A stretch of 40,000 nt of DNA from Methyloligella sp. GL2 (GCF_013341275.1 NZ_CP054476.1:2118988-2158987), one strand, 5' to 3'. Positions 15,331-24,055 are shown, counted from the first letter of the stretch. A program made the numbers and translations. Notes: generated by a model not told the origin, from the sequence alone.

Positions 15331-15816
15331 TTGCGCGAATTAAGGCGTCACGGCCGGCTCGCCGGCATGCTTGCCGGTGCGATGTTGCTGCTTGCGCCGC
15401 TCGGCGCAGGCGCGGCGGAACCGATGCCGGACTCTGAGCCCGCACCCCGCGCCGCGGAGGATCCGGAGCGCAGCTTCGCCGAGAAGCTCAGCGAGGCCCA
15501 GGCGCTTGCCGCGACCCGGCTCGCGGAGGGAATCGCGGCGCTGGAGCGCCAATCGCAAGAGGCCGCCGACACCCTGCAGGATTGGCAAGACGACTTCGCC
15601 GCAACCTGGTCCGATATGGAAGCCAGCTTCGATACGCTCGGCGAAGAGCTGTCGCGCTCCTTCACCGAAATGAAGCGCCTCACCGAAGAGACGCTGGATA
15701 CGCTGTCATACTGGATGCACGGCTCGCCGGCCGAAGAGTCGCCGGAGCGGGCCCGCCCGAAGACGCCCTCCGAGAAAAACAAACCCGTCGGCGAAGGCCC
15801 GCCGATCCGGATCTAG
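15331..15816 (+). CDS. secreted acidic coiled-coil-like hypothetical protein (start TTG 15331; alternative GTG 15292)
   Basis: GAGGGAGG RBS at 15317-15324. Signal peptide RLAGMLAGAMLLLAPLGAGAAEP. Helical, acidic body. No family recognised. Confidence 0.6.
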   Translation: MRELRRHGRLAGMLAGAMLLLAPLGAGAAEPMPDSEPAPRAAEDPERSFAEKLSEAQALAATRLAEGIAALERQSQEAADTLQDWQDDFAATWSDMEASFDTLGEELSRSFTEMKRLTEETLDTLSYWMHGSPAEESPERARPKTPSEKNKPVGEGPPIRI

Positions 15817-15853
15817 CTGCCCCGGCAGCTCCCCTGCCCTTCGTTCTTATCGC

Positions 15854-17701
15854 TTAGCTCTCCGCGGCGACGGATTCGCCTGCCGCGGTTTCGCCGCCGG
15901 CGTCCTGCAGCTCGGCGAGAATCAGGCCGCGCACCGAATTGCCGAGATAGATGCGGTCGGCGCGGGCAAGGTCTTCCAGGGTCAGGATCGCTTCGGAGGC
16001 TTCCACCCGCGGCAGATCGAGCAGCTCCTCTCGCAACGTGCCCGGCAGCAGCCCGCACGCAACCGCCGGGGTATAGAGACGTCCGTCCTGTTCCAGGAAC
16101 AGATTGGTGCGAGTGCCTTCGGTCAGCTCGCCCTTGCTGTTGACGAACACCACCTCGTCGCAGCCGGTACGCTCCTTCTGCCGCGCCAGCTCGCCATCGT
16201 AGAATTGGCGGTGGGTGGTCTTGTGGAAGAAGAACGGATCGGTCTCGTCGACCGGCTTGTCCGAGACCACGAAGCGCCACACCGTGCCTTTCGCCGGCAG
16301 CGCGATCTCGGTGGAGGTGACGGTGATTGCGCCATCCTCGGCGAGCAGCAGCCGCACCATATGCACCTGGCCTTCCAGACGCTCCGCATGAGCGGCCAAA
16401 GCGGCACGGATATCGTTGCGGTCGAAGGGATAGCCGAAATGATGCGCCGAGGCCTGCAGCCGGCTCAAATGTCGGTCCAGCAGGTAGAAGCCGTGCTCGC
16501 GCTCCCAGCGGATGGTCTCGATCAGCTCGAAGCTCTCGGCGGGCTTGGTGAGGAATTCGCCCTTCAGCAGGCATTCCTCATATTCGGCATCGGCCTTGGA
16601 ATCGGCGACGACACCGCTGCCGATGCCCATCTCGCCCTGATAGTGCCCGTCATGGCCGTGCAGCATCAAGGTGCGGATGGCGACGTTGAACTCCGCATCG
16701 CCGGTCGGTGCGATGGTGCCGACGGCGCCGGTATAGACGCCGCGGGGCAGAGCCTCCAGCTCGCGGATGATCTCCATGGCGCGCACCTTCGGCGCACCGG
16801 TCACCGAGCCCGAGGGGAACAGCGCTTTCAGCATCTGGGCAAGGCTCAGCTCCGCGCGCAGCTTGGCGCGAATGCCGGAGGTCATCTGATGCACCGTGCG
16901 GTAGGTCTCCACGGTGAAAAGATCGGTGACCTCGACGGAGCCGATCTTGGCCAGACGGCCGACATCGTTGCGCAGCAGATCGACGATCATCAGATTCTCG
17001 GCGCGCTGCTTCTCGTCCACGGCGAGCCAGGTCTTCAACCGGCCGTCCTCGCGCGGGGTGCGGCCGCGCGGGGCGGTGCCCTTCATCGGGCGGGTGGCGA
17101 TCTCGTCGCCCTCCTGCTTGAAGAACAGCTCCGGCGAGAAGGAGAGGCACTGAAAATCCTCGGCGCTGATCAGGGCACCATAGGAGACGCGCTGCTTGCG
17201 GCGGAGCGCCGAATAAAGCGCCACCGGATCGCCGTCGAAGCCGAAGAAATATTTCAGGGTCAGATTGATCTGATAAACATCGCCGGCGGCAATGTACTGC
17301 TTCACCTTGGCGAAGGCCTCGGCGTATTCCTCCTGCTCCCAGGACAGACGCAGATCGTGCACCTCGGCCGGCTCGCGCCCGCCATGGCGGTCGAGCCAAT
17401 CCTTGGTCTCGGCATCGTTGAAGCGCTGGGGTCCGCGGAACAGGCCGATCCAGAACAGCGGCTGATTGCGGTCCATGGGCATGAGACCGGCGAGCTTCGG
17501 CTCCATGCAATAGCCGAGCTCGTAGGAGAAGAAGCCGGCGGCGTAGAGGCCGCGCTTCAGCCCTTGCGAGACCGCTTCGATCTTCTCCTCGACCTCGTCC
17601 GGGCTATTGCAGACGATGATCTCCAGCGGCTCGCGATACAGCAGGCAGACCCCGCCCGGGGTCAGGCTGTCATCCAGTAAGACGTAAGGGGATGTGCTCA
17701 T
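15854..17701 (-). CDS. pabB: bifunctional aminodeoxychorismate synthase component I / aminodeoxychorismate lyase-like (PabB-PabC fusion, 615 aa)
   Basis: Chorismate-binding domain motifs (SFSPELFF, TRPMKGT, ENLMIVDLLRNDVGR, GSVTGAPKVRAMEII, RGVYTGAVG, GIGSGVVADS). These are followed by a roughly 210-aa class-IV aminotransferase/ADC-lyase-like domain (FELIETIRWE...FFFHKTTHRQFYD...EGTRTNLF...GLLPGTLR). Confidence 0.85.
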   Translation of the reverse strand: MSTSPYVLLDDSLTPGGVCLLYREPLEIIVCNSPDEVEEKIEAVSQGLKRGLYAAGFFSYELGYCMEPKLAGLMPMDRNQPLFWIGLFRGPQRFNDAETKDWLDRHGGREPAEVHDLRLSWEQEEYAEAFAKVKQYIAAGDVYQINLTLKYFFGFDGDPVALYSALRRKQRVSYGALISAEDFQCLSFSPELFFKQEGDEIATRPMKGTAPRGRTPREDGRLKTWLAVDEKQRAENLMIVDLLRNDVGRLAKIGSVEVTDLFTVETYRTVHQMTSGIRAKLRAELSLAQMLKALFPSGSVTGAPKVRAMEIIRELEALPRGVYTGAVGTIAPTGDAEFNVAIRTLMLHGHDGHYQGEMGIGSGVVADSKADAEYEECLLKGEFLTKPAESFELIETIRWEREHGFYLLDRHLSRLQASAHHFGYPFDRNDIRAALAAHAERLEGQVHMVRLLLAEDGAITVTSTEIALPAKGTVWRFVVSDKPVDETDPFFFHKTTHRQFYDGELARQKERTGCDEVVFVNSKGELTEGTRTNLFLEQDGRLYTPAVACGLLPGTLREELLDLPRVEASEAILTLEDLARADRIYLGNSVRGLILAELQDAGGETAAGESVAAES

Positions 17702-17816
17702 CTAACAATAGCGGCCTTCGGCTGTCCGCCCATAAACGATCATAGGGACAAACGGGCCAAGATCGAGGCGCTGCCCTTCGAAATCCGGGGCGAAAGCACT
17801 CAATATAGAGGCTTTG

Positions 17817-18620
17817 TCAGCGCAGGATAAGCATTTCGCCTTTGCCGAGGGCGGCCATATCGCCCATCAGCCGCTGGGCTTCGCGCCCCAGGCGAACCTT
17901 GATCCCATCGGCTTTCAGCGCGCGTTCCAGCAGATTGAGATAGGTGAACTCGATCACGCCGCAATCGGCATAGGTCGGCAAAATCTGCTTCGGCTTCTTC
18001 TTGAAGATCAGCGAGCCGCGCTTCAGCCCATAGCCGGCATTGCGGCCGACCTTGCCCTGAAACAGGATGGTGCCGGCCACCACGCGGGCGCCAGCATATT
18101 CGCCGGCATCGCCGCCGACGGTGATCAGGCCGCGGCGCATGCGCTCGGCAAGATACGGGCCGGCATTGCCGCCGATAAACAGGCGTCCGCCGCGCATACC
18201 ATGCACCTCACCCACGGTGAGGCCACCTGCCCGCTCGCCGACATTGCCCTTGATGTCGATGGTGCCGTTGGACATGGCCGCGCCGGCATAGGCGGCGGCA
18301 TTGCCCGTCACCTCCAGCGTGCCGCCCTTGAACTTAGCGCCAAGATAAGCACCGGCATCGCCGTCGACCAGGATCTCGCCCTCGCTCGAGCCGGCGCCGA
18401 TACGGTCGCAGCGGTCGGTGGTGCCGAGGAAGCGCAAGCTGGCGGCGTCCTTGCCGGTCACCTTGAAATAGTCGCCGACAGAGGCTGTGCCGGCCAAGGT
18501 CGGGAGCGCCAGGCCGGCGATATCCTTCGCCTTCATCCCGGCCAGGCGGTCGGGGATCAGCGCTGAGAGGTCGAGCGGCTCTTCGGGAGCCTGCTTCAAT
18601 TCGAAAGTCAGGGCGCTCAC
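17817..18620 (-). CDS. fhcC: formyltransferase/hydrolase complex subunit C (FwdC homologue)
   Basis: Repeated beta-helix G-x-x-G motifs (VDGDAGAYLGAKFKGGTLEVTGNAAAYAGAAMSNGTIDIKGNVGERAGG) typical of formylmethanofuran dehydrogenase subunit C. Confidence 0.9.
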   Translation of the reverse strand: MSALTFELKQAPEEPLDLSALIPDRLAGMKAKDIAGLALPTLAGTASVGDYFKVTGKDAASLRFLGTTDRCDRIGAGSSEGEILVDGDAGAYLGAKFKGGTLEVTGNAAAYAGAAMSNGTIDIKGNVGERAGGLTVGEVHGMRGGRLFIGGNAGPYLAERMRRGLITVGGDAGEYAGARVVAGTILFQGKVGRNAGYGLKRGSLIFKKKPKQILPTYADCGVIEFTYLNLLERALKADGIKVRLGREAQRLMGDMAALGKGEMLILR

Positions 18621-19525
18621 GCGATGACCTCCTTCAGATGAAAGTGGTGGGGCCCGAGATTGCCGCCGTAATTGCCGGCCGCAATGCGCAGCACGCCGTC
18701 GCGCGTGCCGCCATCGACAATCGCCTTGATGCCGGCACCCATGGCCTTGGCAATGGCCTCAGGCGTCAGACCGTCGATAACGATCTCCAGCACCGCCTCG
18801 GCATTCATCGGCAGCTCGCTCTTCACCGCGCCCTTCAGGGTCGGGCAATAGGCATCGTTGGTGGAGGCCATCTGGCCCTTATATTTCGAGCCCACCTTGG
18901 AGCCGGAGCGGACGATACCGCCGGGGAACGGGGTGATGATATCGGGCATCGGCGCCATCGCCTTCACCGCGCGCTCGCAAGCCGCCAGCGCGCCGGCATG
19001 GGACTTCGCCACCACCAGCAGGTTGCCGCCGCCGACCGCATCGCGGGTATAGCCGGTGCGGTCCTCGCAGACGAACTCGCCGTCCATCACGGGCACGCGC
19101 CAGAAGCGGCGGCCGTTCAACACTTTCGACATCTGCCAGCCATCGCCGAAGAAGCGCAGCGAATGGCCAAGCTTCAGCCCCTTCTTGGGCGGCAGCCCGG
19201 CGAAGCAGGCGGTTCCGGGACAGGTCAGCACGCATTGGCCGACGCGGTCGCGGAGCTGGGTCTGCAGCTTGCTCTGGCTCATGGTGAAGAGCAGCACGGA
19301 GACGCCGGGGCGTCCGTCATAGGTCTCGCTGCGCGAGAGCGTGCGTTCGATGCCGCCCTCTGCGCCGCAGGCGATCACCGAGGTGGCGAACCCGGTCATG
19401 GTGCGCGCCGCGATATCCGCCCATTTCGCGGTCGGGGCGGTGATGATCACCCGGGTTCCCACCATGGGGAAGGCCTCGGCGAACGTGTCGACGATCGTGA
19501 CGCCTTTGAGCTTTATGTCCGACAT
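18617..19525 (-). CDS. fhcD: formylmethanofuran:H4MPT formyltransferase (Fhc subunit D, Ftr homologue)
   Basis: 302 aa. VTIVDTFAEAFPMVGTRVIITA...GFATSVIACGAEGGIE...VLLFTMS is the Ftr family pattern. Overlaps fhcC by 4 nt. Confidence 0.93.
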   Translation of the reverse strand: MSDIKLKGVTIVDTFAEAFPMVGTRVIITAPTAKWADIAARTMTGFATSVIACGAEGGIERTLSRSETYDGRPGVSVLLFTMSQSKLQTQLRDRVGQCVLTCPGTACFAGLPPKKGLKLGHSLRFFGDGWQMSKVLNGRRFWRVPVMDGEFVCEDRTGYTRDAVGGGNLLVVAKSHAGALAACERAVKAMAPMPDIITPFPGGIVRSGSKVGSKYKGQMASTNDAYCPTLKGAVKSELPMNAEAVLEIVIDGLTPEAIAKAMGAGIKAIVDGGTRDGVLRIAAGNYGGNLGPHHFHLKEVIA

Positions 19526-21147
19526 GGCACCATCTGGAAGCGATCTTCAGTGTTGGCGATATCTTCCGGCACACCGAAGACCTTGGGATCGATACCGTAG
19601 CTTTCGCCGTAGAAATCTTTGACGCGGCGCTCGATCTTGGAATCGAAGCCGGGATCGGCCTGGAACACCTTGCCCCAGGTGACCTCGACGACGTCGCCGT
19701 CGCGCATGATCAGCTTGCCGTCCTTGAACACGTAAGATGCGCGATCGAACATCTCCGCCTTGTTGGGCTTGTCGGTATAGACCGCCACGTCGCCCACGGC
19801 GCCGGGGCTGAGATGGCCGCGATCGGTCAGGCCGAGCAGCTTGGCCGGTGCGGCGCGGGTCATCACGGCAAGATCGGAGAGCGTGATCTCACGCTCGATC
19901 TCGGCCAGGTTGGTGGCCTCCTTGACGCCCTCGGGCAGCTTGTCCAGCCAGCGGGCCCGCTCGTCCTTGTCCATCAAGAGCTGGAAGATCTCCGGATAGC
20001 GGGTGAACAGCGCGCCGTTCGGGTGGTCGGTGGAAAACAGCACCTGCCAGTAGCTGTCGGCGAGGAGGAAGATCTCCAGCCCGATAGCCCATTGCACTGC
20101 GTTGATAAAGCTCTTGGCCTTGTATTTGTAGGGCACCACGCCGGTGCCGTTGCCCTCGCCCTGATACAGCGCCCATTTGCCGGGGCTGGCGGCCTTGCGG
20201 CCGTCGAACTGGCGCAGCACGTCGCCGGAAATGGTGACGGTCTGGCCGAATAGAGGCTGGCCGACATCGACGGTGACATTGGGATGGGCCTTGAGCGCTT
20301 CGACCAGGCGTGGCGCAGCGGAGGAGAAGCCCTTCTCGCCTTCCTTGCCGTAGCTGTAGAACTGGATGTGGGCGAAATGGATCGGCACGCCGTCCGAAGC
20401 TTCTATCGTGGCGATGGCGGTATCGATATTGCCGGCGATGCCGAGATTGTTGCAGTGGACATGGGCCGGGTGCGGCACGCCGAGATCCTGCACCGCATGC
20501 TGCATGGCCTGCACGATCTGCCGCGAGGTAGTGCCGTATTCGGGCACCTCGTCGTCGAGATCGAAGGTGCGGGCATTGAACTTGAAGGCTTCGGCGCCGC
20601 CGGCATTGATCACCTTGAGGCCGATGCCGCGGGCATGCTGCAAGGTCCAGGCGACGTAGTCTTCGATCTCGTTCTTGCTCGCCTTGCGGTGAAGCTGGCG
20701 CAGCGCGAAATCGTCATTGCCGAGGATGATCAGCCCGCCGGTGTCGATCATCGGGATCTGGGCGAGCTCCAGATGGGTCTGGATGGCATGGGTCGGCTGC
20801 ACCGCCGGCTCGATCACCGTTGTGTAGCCCATCTGCGCATAGCGCAGGCCCGTCGCGTAAGCGCCCCAGGAGGACGGGTTGGGCGGGATCGCCACGCCGC
20901 CGGATGCGGCGAGATAGGGAAGCTCCGGCATGAGCTGGCGCGCCAGCGTCACGTTGGAGCCGCCGATATGGGAATGCACGTCGACGGCGCCGGCCATCAC
21001 CACCTTGCCCGAGACATCGTAAGTCTGATCGGGCTGGCGGCCTTCCGGCGCTTCGACGATACGGCCATTGTCGATAAACACGTCGCCAACCGCGTCGCGG
21101 TTATTGACGGGATCGACGACCCGGCCGCCCTTCAAGCGAATAAGCAT
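19513..21147 (-). CDS. fhcA: formyltransferase/hydrolase complex subunit A (FwdA-like amidohydrolase, 544 aa)
   Basis: MLIRLKGGRVVDPVNNRDAVGDVFIDNGRIV...AGAVDVHSHIGG is an amidohydrolase metal motif. ATG at 21147 chosen. The track extension to 21609 overlaps fhcB out of frame and is Arg-rich. Confidence 0.9.
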   Translation of the reverse strand: MLIRLKGGRVVDPVNNRDAVGDVFIDNGRIVEAPEGRQPDQTYDVSGKVVMAGAVDVHSHIGGSNVTLARQLMPELPYLAASGGVAIPPNPSSWGAYATGLRYAQMGYTTVIEPAVQPTHAIQTHLELAQIPMIDTGGLIILGNDDFALRQLHRKASKNEIEDYVAWTLQHARGIGLKVINAGGAEAFKFNARTFDLDDEVPEYGTTSRQIVQAMQHAVQDLGVPHPAHVHCNNLGIAGNIDTAIATIEASDGVPIHFAHIQFYSYGKEGEKGFSSAAPRLVEALKAHPNVTVDVGQPLFGQTVTISGDVLRQFDGRKAASPGKWALYQGEGNGTGVVPYKYKAKSFINAVQWAIGLEIFLLADSYWQVLFSTDHPNGALFTRYPEIFQLLMDKDERARWLDKLPEGVKEATNLAEIEREITLSDLAVMTRAAPAKLLGLTDRGHLSPGAVGDVAVYTDKPNKAEMFDRASYVFKDGKLIMRDGDVVEVTWGKVFQADPGFDSKIERRVKDFYGESYGIDPKVFGVPEDIANTEDRFQMVPCRT

Positions 21148-21149
21148 GC

Positions 21150-22250
21150 TTACGCGGCCTCCTTGGCGTTCAGCTTGGCGCCGATGGCGTCGAGGATGTC
21201 GGAGACTTGCGGCAGGCCGCTGGCTTTGCCCTTGCCGGCGATCATGCCGATACCGGAAATCTCCGGAAGATACAGCGCCGCGTCGTGATCCTCGCCGGGA
21301 ACGCCGACCTCGATGACGATCTTGGCGGCGCGCGGAGCGGCCTGGCCCGGATTGGTGATCAGGATGGTCGGCACACCTTTCGGCGGCTTCACGTCGGAAC
21401 CGCCAAGCGCATCGACCCAGACCAGCGCATCCCCCTCGCCCGACTTCACCAGACGCTCGGCGCTGTAGCGCCAGGCGTCGTGCTCCGGCTTGCCATGAGC
21501 GAAGCTGGTGCGCACGGGCAGCCCGCAGGTCCAGACCGAGCAGAGATTGACGCCGTCGCCATTGCCGGGCGCGGCCACGGTGTAGCCGCCGGCGCGGGTG
21601 TCTTTGCAAAGCTCGCGGATCATATCGAGCACCACATGCAGGCTCGGCTCGTCGAGCTCCAGCGGCGAATAGACGAATACGGCGAAAGCGGAATCCTTCA
21701 GCTTCTTGGCCGCGGTGGCGATGGACTTGCCGAGCGCCGACTCGCCATCGCCGAACGAACGCCCCGCAACCGCGGCGGCGAGCATCGAGATGCCGGTGGC
21801 CAGCGACTGATTGCCGAGATCGACCTTGCTCGACTTGGCCGAGGACGGCACGCCCTTCGGCTTGCAGCCGATGGCGATCAGCTCGCGCGGATTGTCGCCG
21901 GGCCGCGGCAAGGTCTTCTCGGGGAAAATCTTGGTGAGCAGATCGGGATCCGCCTGCAGCGGGGCCTCGCCGAGAACCACCACCCGGTCGGACCGGTTGC
22001 GCAGCTCGCCGAAGCTGACGGGGTTCATGCCCCCTTCGCGCATCAGCCGGCTCGCGCGGGCAATCCCTTCGCCAGCGGCGTGATCCACCACGCCGCCAAT
22101 CTTCTGAGCAAGCGCCAGAGCACTCTGCGCGCCCGCAATATCGGTCATCAGGCCTGCGATGACGGGTAGCTTCGCCTCTGCCAAAAGCTCGGCAGCGCGC
22201 TCCAGCCCGTCCGCTTCCTCAACCTCAGTACCGTCTAAATATACCGCCAT
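21150..22250 (-). CDS. fhcB: formyltransferase/hydrolase complex subunit B (FwdB homologue, 366 aa)
   Basis: FwdB-like fold-family sequence (LPVIAGLMTDIAGAQSALALAQKIGGVVDH). First gene of the minus-strand fhcB-A-D-C run. Confidence 0.88.
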   Translation of the reverse strand: MAVYLDGTEVEEADGLERAAELLAEAKLPVIAGLMTDIAGAQSALALAQKIGGVVDHAAGEGIARASRLMREGGMNPVSFGELRNRSDRVVVLGEAPLQADPDLLTKIFPEKTLPRPGDNPRELIAIGCKPKGVPSSAKSSKVDLGNQSLATGISMLAAAVAGRSFGDGESALGKSIATAAKKLKDSAFAVFVYSPLELDEPSLHVVLDMIRELCKDTRAGGYTVAAPGNGDGVNLCSVWTCGLPVRTSFAHGKPEHDAWRYSAERLVKSGEGDALVWVDALGGSDVKPPKGVPTILITNPGQAAPRAAKIVIEVGVPGEDHDAALYLPEISGIGMIAGKGKASGLPQVSDILDAIGAKLNAKEAA

Positions 22251-22350
22251 GGGGCCGCACCTTTACGAGGAAGCAGATCGCCGCGCAAGCGCTGCGGTGA
22301 CACAGCTCGGCGAGCTCCTCTTCCCGCCGGACGTCGCTCCGGCTCGAACC

Positions 22351-22737
22351 TTAAGATTTCTCTTTGTCGTATTTAATATAAGCGAAACGCTGATCGTCGC
22401 CCGGCGTGCCTTCGAGGGTGTTGTCCTCCAGCCGGGGCTGCCAATGCACCACATCCTCGATCTTCTTCGCCAGGGCAAAATCCTTGTCTGTGATTCCCTT
22501 GGCGTGATGATTCTTCAGCCGCACCTCGACCCAGGCATAAGAGGCCGTGATGTCGGGGTGGTGCCAGGCGGCCTCGGCGAGATGGCCGACCGTGTTGATC
22601 ACCATCAGTGTGGATTTCCAGCTCGAGGTCTTATAGCGCCGGCGGATCCAGCCGCCCTCGAGTTGCCAATGGGGAAGCTCGGCCTTGAGCTTTTCCTCAA
22701 CTTCTTCGTCGGTATAGACGCGTTCTGAATCTGCCAT
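22351..22737 (-). CDS. pterin-4a-carbinolamine dehydratase (PCD/DCoH)-like protein (128 aa)
   Basis: LPHWQLEGGWIRRRYKTSSWKSTLMVINTVGHLAEAAWHHPDITASYAWVEVRLKNHHAKGITDKDFALAKKIE matches the PCD pattern (HHPD..., tH..gGlT..D). ATG at 22737. Confidence 0.85.
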   Translation of the reverse strand: MADSERVYTDEEVEEKLKAELPHWQLEGGWIRRRYKTSSWKSTLMVINTVGHLAEAAWHHPDITASYAWVEVRLKNHHAKGITDKDFALAKKIEDVVHWQPRLEDNTLEGTPGDDQRFAYIKYDKEKS

Positions 22738-22774
22738 GAGAATTTGTCTTTTCGAAATAAGGTGGCGCCGCTGA

Positions 22775-22987
22775 ATGGCCCTCACCATATCGAGAGGCTC
22801 CGGGGCCATCAATGGACGCCTCGTCTATCGAATAGCCACACAGCAGCAACGCGACAAGCCGACAGTGGTTGCATTCGACATCTTCCGATTGGATGAAGGG
22901 GGCAAGATCGACGACGAGTGGGACAGCCCGCCAATCGCGCCGCAGACGCCGGCGCCTGCGAGCGGGACGTTCCGAGGATTTGCATGA
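22775..22987 (+). pseudogene. possible 3' remnant of an NTF2/SnoaL-like gene (70-aa ORF)
   Basis: The segment VVAFDIFRLDEGGKIDDEWD resembles the conserved C-terminal strand of SnoaL/NTF2-like proteins (vDifR..dGKI.EhWD). There is an in-frame TGA immediately upstream of the ATG and no N-terminal half. It lies in the divergent promoter region. Confidence 0.25.
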
Positions 22988-23041
22988 CGTTGGCGACTCT
23001 GCTTCTCAGCGTCCCTGACTTTCGTATTTGGTAGTTTCGTT

Positions 23042-24055
23042 TTGGCCGAGCTTCACCCGACACTCACTCCCGCCCCCGACGGCTCCGGAACGCCTGGCGG
23101 CCCATCCGGCGCCGAACGCGTCACAGTGGATACCGCCGCGCGGGTGCATTTCGGCTTTTTCGATCCGAGCGGGAAAAGCGCCCATCCCTTCGGCAGTTTC
23201 GGGCTCGGGCTCGATGCGCCGCGCACGCGGCTGACGTTGCGCCGCGCCGAGCCGGATGCCGTGGAAGACAAAGACACCGGCCGTGCGGGGGAATATTTGC
23301 GCGATCTGGCAAAGGCCTACGGTACATACCGCACCTATTCTCTCAATATCGACGAGGCGATTCCGCGCCATGCCGGGCTCGGCTCCGGCACCCAGCTGGC
23401 CCTGGCGGTGGGAACCGCCTTCGCGGCGCTGGAAGGCATCGAATTGAGCCTGGAGGAGATTGCCATGCGGCTTGGCCGCGGGCGGCGCTCGGGCATCGGG
23501 CTCGGCACCTTCACCACTGGCGGGGTGGTGATCGATGGCGGTTCGGGGCCGGACAGCTTGCCGCCGATCCTGGCGCGTGCCGCCTTCCCGCAAGATTGGC
23601 GGGTGCTTCTGATCTTCAATCCGGGCTGCAAGGGGCTGCACGGTTCGGGCGAGCTGGCTGCCTTCGACCAGGCGCCCGCCTTTCCGGACGAGGCGGCGGC
23701 CGAGCTTCGGCGGCGCGCGCTCGAGGTCGCCCTGCCCGCGCTGGAGGCCTGCGATTTCAAGACCTTCTGCGCCGAGGTTGGCGGTTTACAGCAAATGATG
23801 GCCAGCTATTTCGCCCCGTATCAGGGCGGCGGCTTCGTCAGCACGTCCGTCGGCGCGGCGGTGGAGTGGCTTCGCGGCGAAGGCCTCACCGGCGTCGGAC
23901 AAAGCTCCTGGGGCCCGACGGGATTCGCCCTGGTCGAGAGCGCGGCGGAAGGGGAACGCTTGCTGGCGAAAGCGGCGGCGGATGCGCGCTTTGCCGATCT
24001 GCGCTTCCAGCTGGTCTCCGGCTCGGATCGCGGCGCGTCGATCGAGACGAAATAA
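23042..24055 (+). CDS. mptG: beta-ribofuranosylaminobenzene 5'-phosphate synthase (GHMP-kinase fold, H4MPT biosynthesis)
   Basis: GHMP motif II variant PRHAGLGSGTQLALAVG, plus RVHFGFFD and GIGLGTFTTGG, typical of beta-RFAP synthase. TTG start. Confidence 0.8.
   Translation: MAELHPTLTPAPDGSGTPGGPSGAERVTVDTAARVHFGFFDPSGKSAHPFGSFGLGLDAPRTRLTLRRAEPDAVEDKDTGRAGEYLRDLAKAYGTYRTYSLNIDEAIPRHAGLGSGTQLALAVGTAFAALEGIELSLEEIAMRLGRGRRSGIGLGTFTTGGVVIDGGSGPDSLPPILARAAFPQDWRVLLIFNPGCKGLHGSGELAAFDQAPAFPDEAAAELRRRALEVALPALEACDFKTFCAEVGGLQQMMASYFAPYQGGGFVSTSVGAAVEWLRGEGLTGVGQSSWGPTGFALVESAAEGERLLAKAAADARFADLRFQLVSGSDRGASIETK

Noticed and set aside
16205-17680. 491-aa plus-strand ORF opposite pabB-pabC
   Set aside because: Shadow ORF. 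The minus frame carries complete chorismate-binding and class-IV aminotransferase motifs.
21148-21609. Upstream extension of the fhcA ORF (track 19513-21609)
   Set aside because: The extension overlaps fhcB out of frame and is Arg-rich. MLIRLKGGRV at 21147 is the family-typical FwdA/FhcA N-terminus, 3 nt after the fhcB stop.
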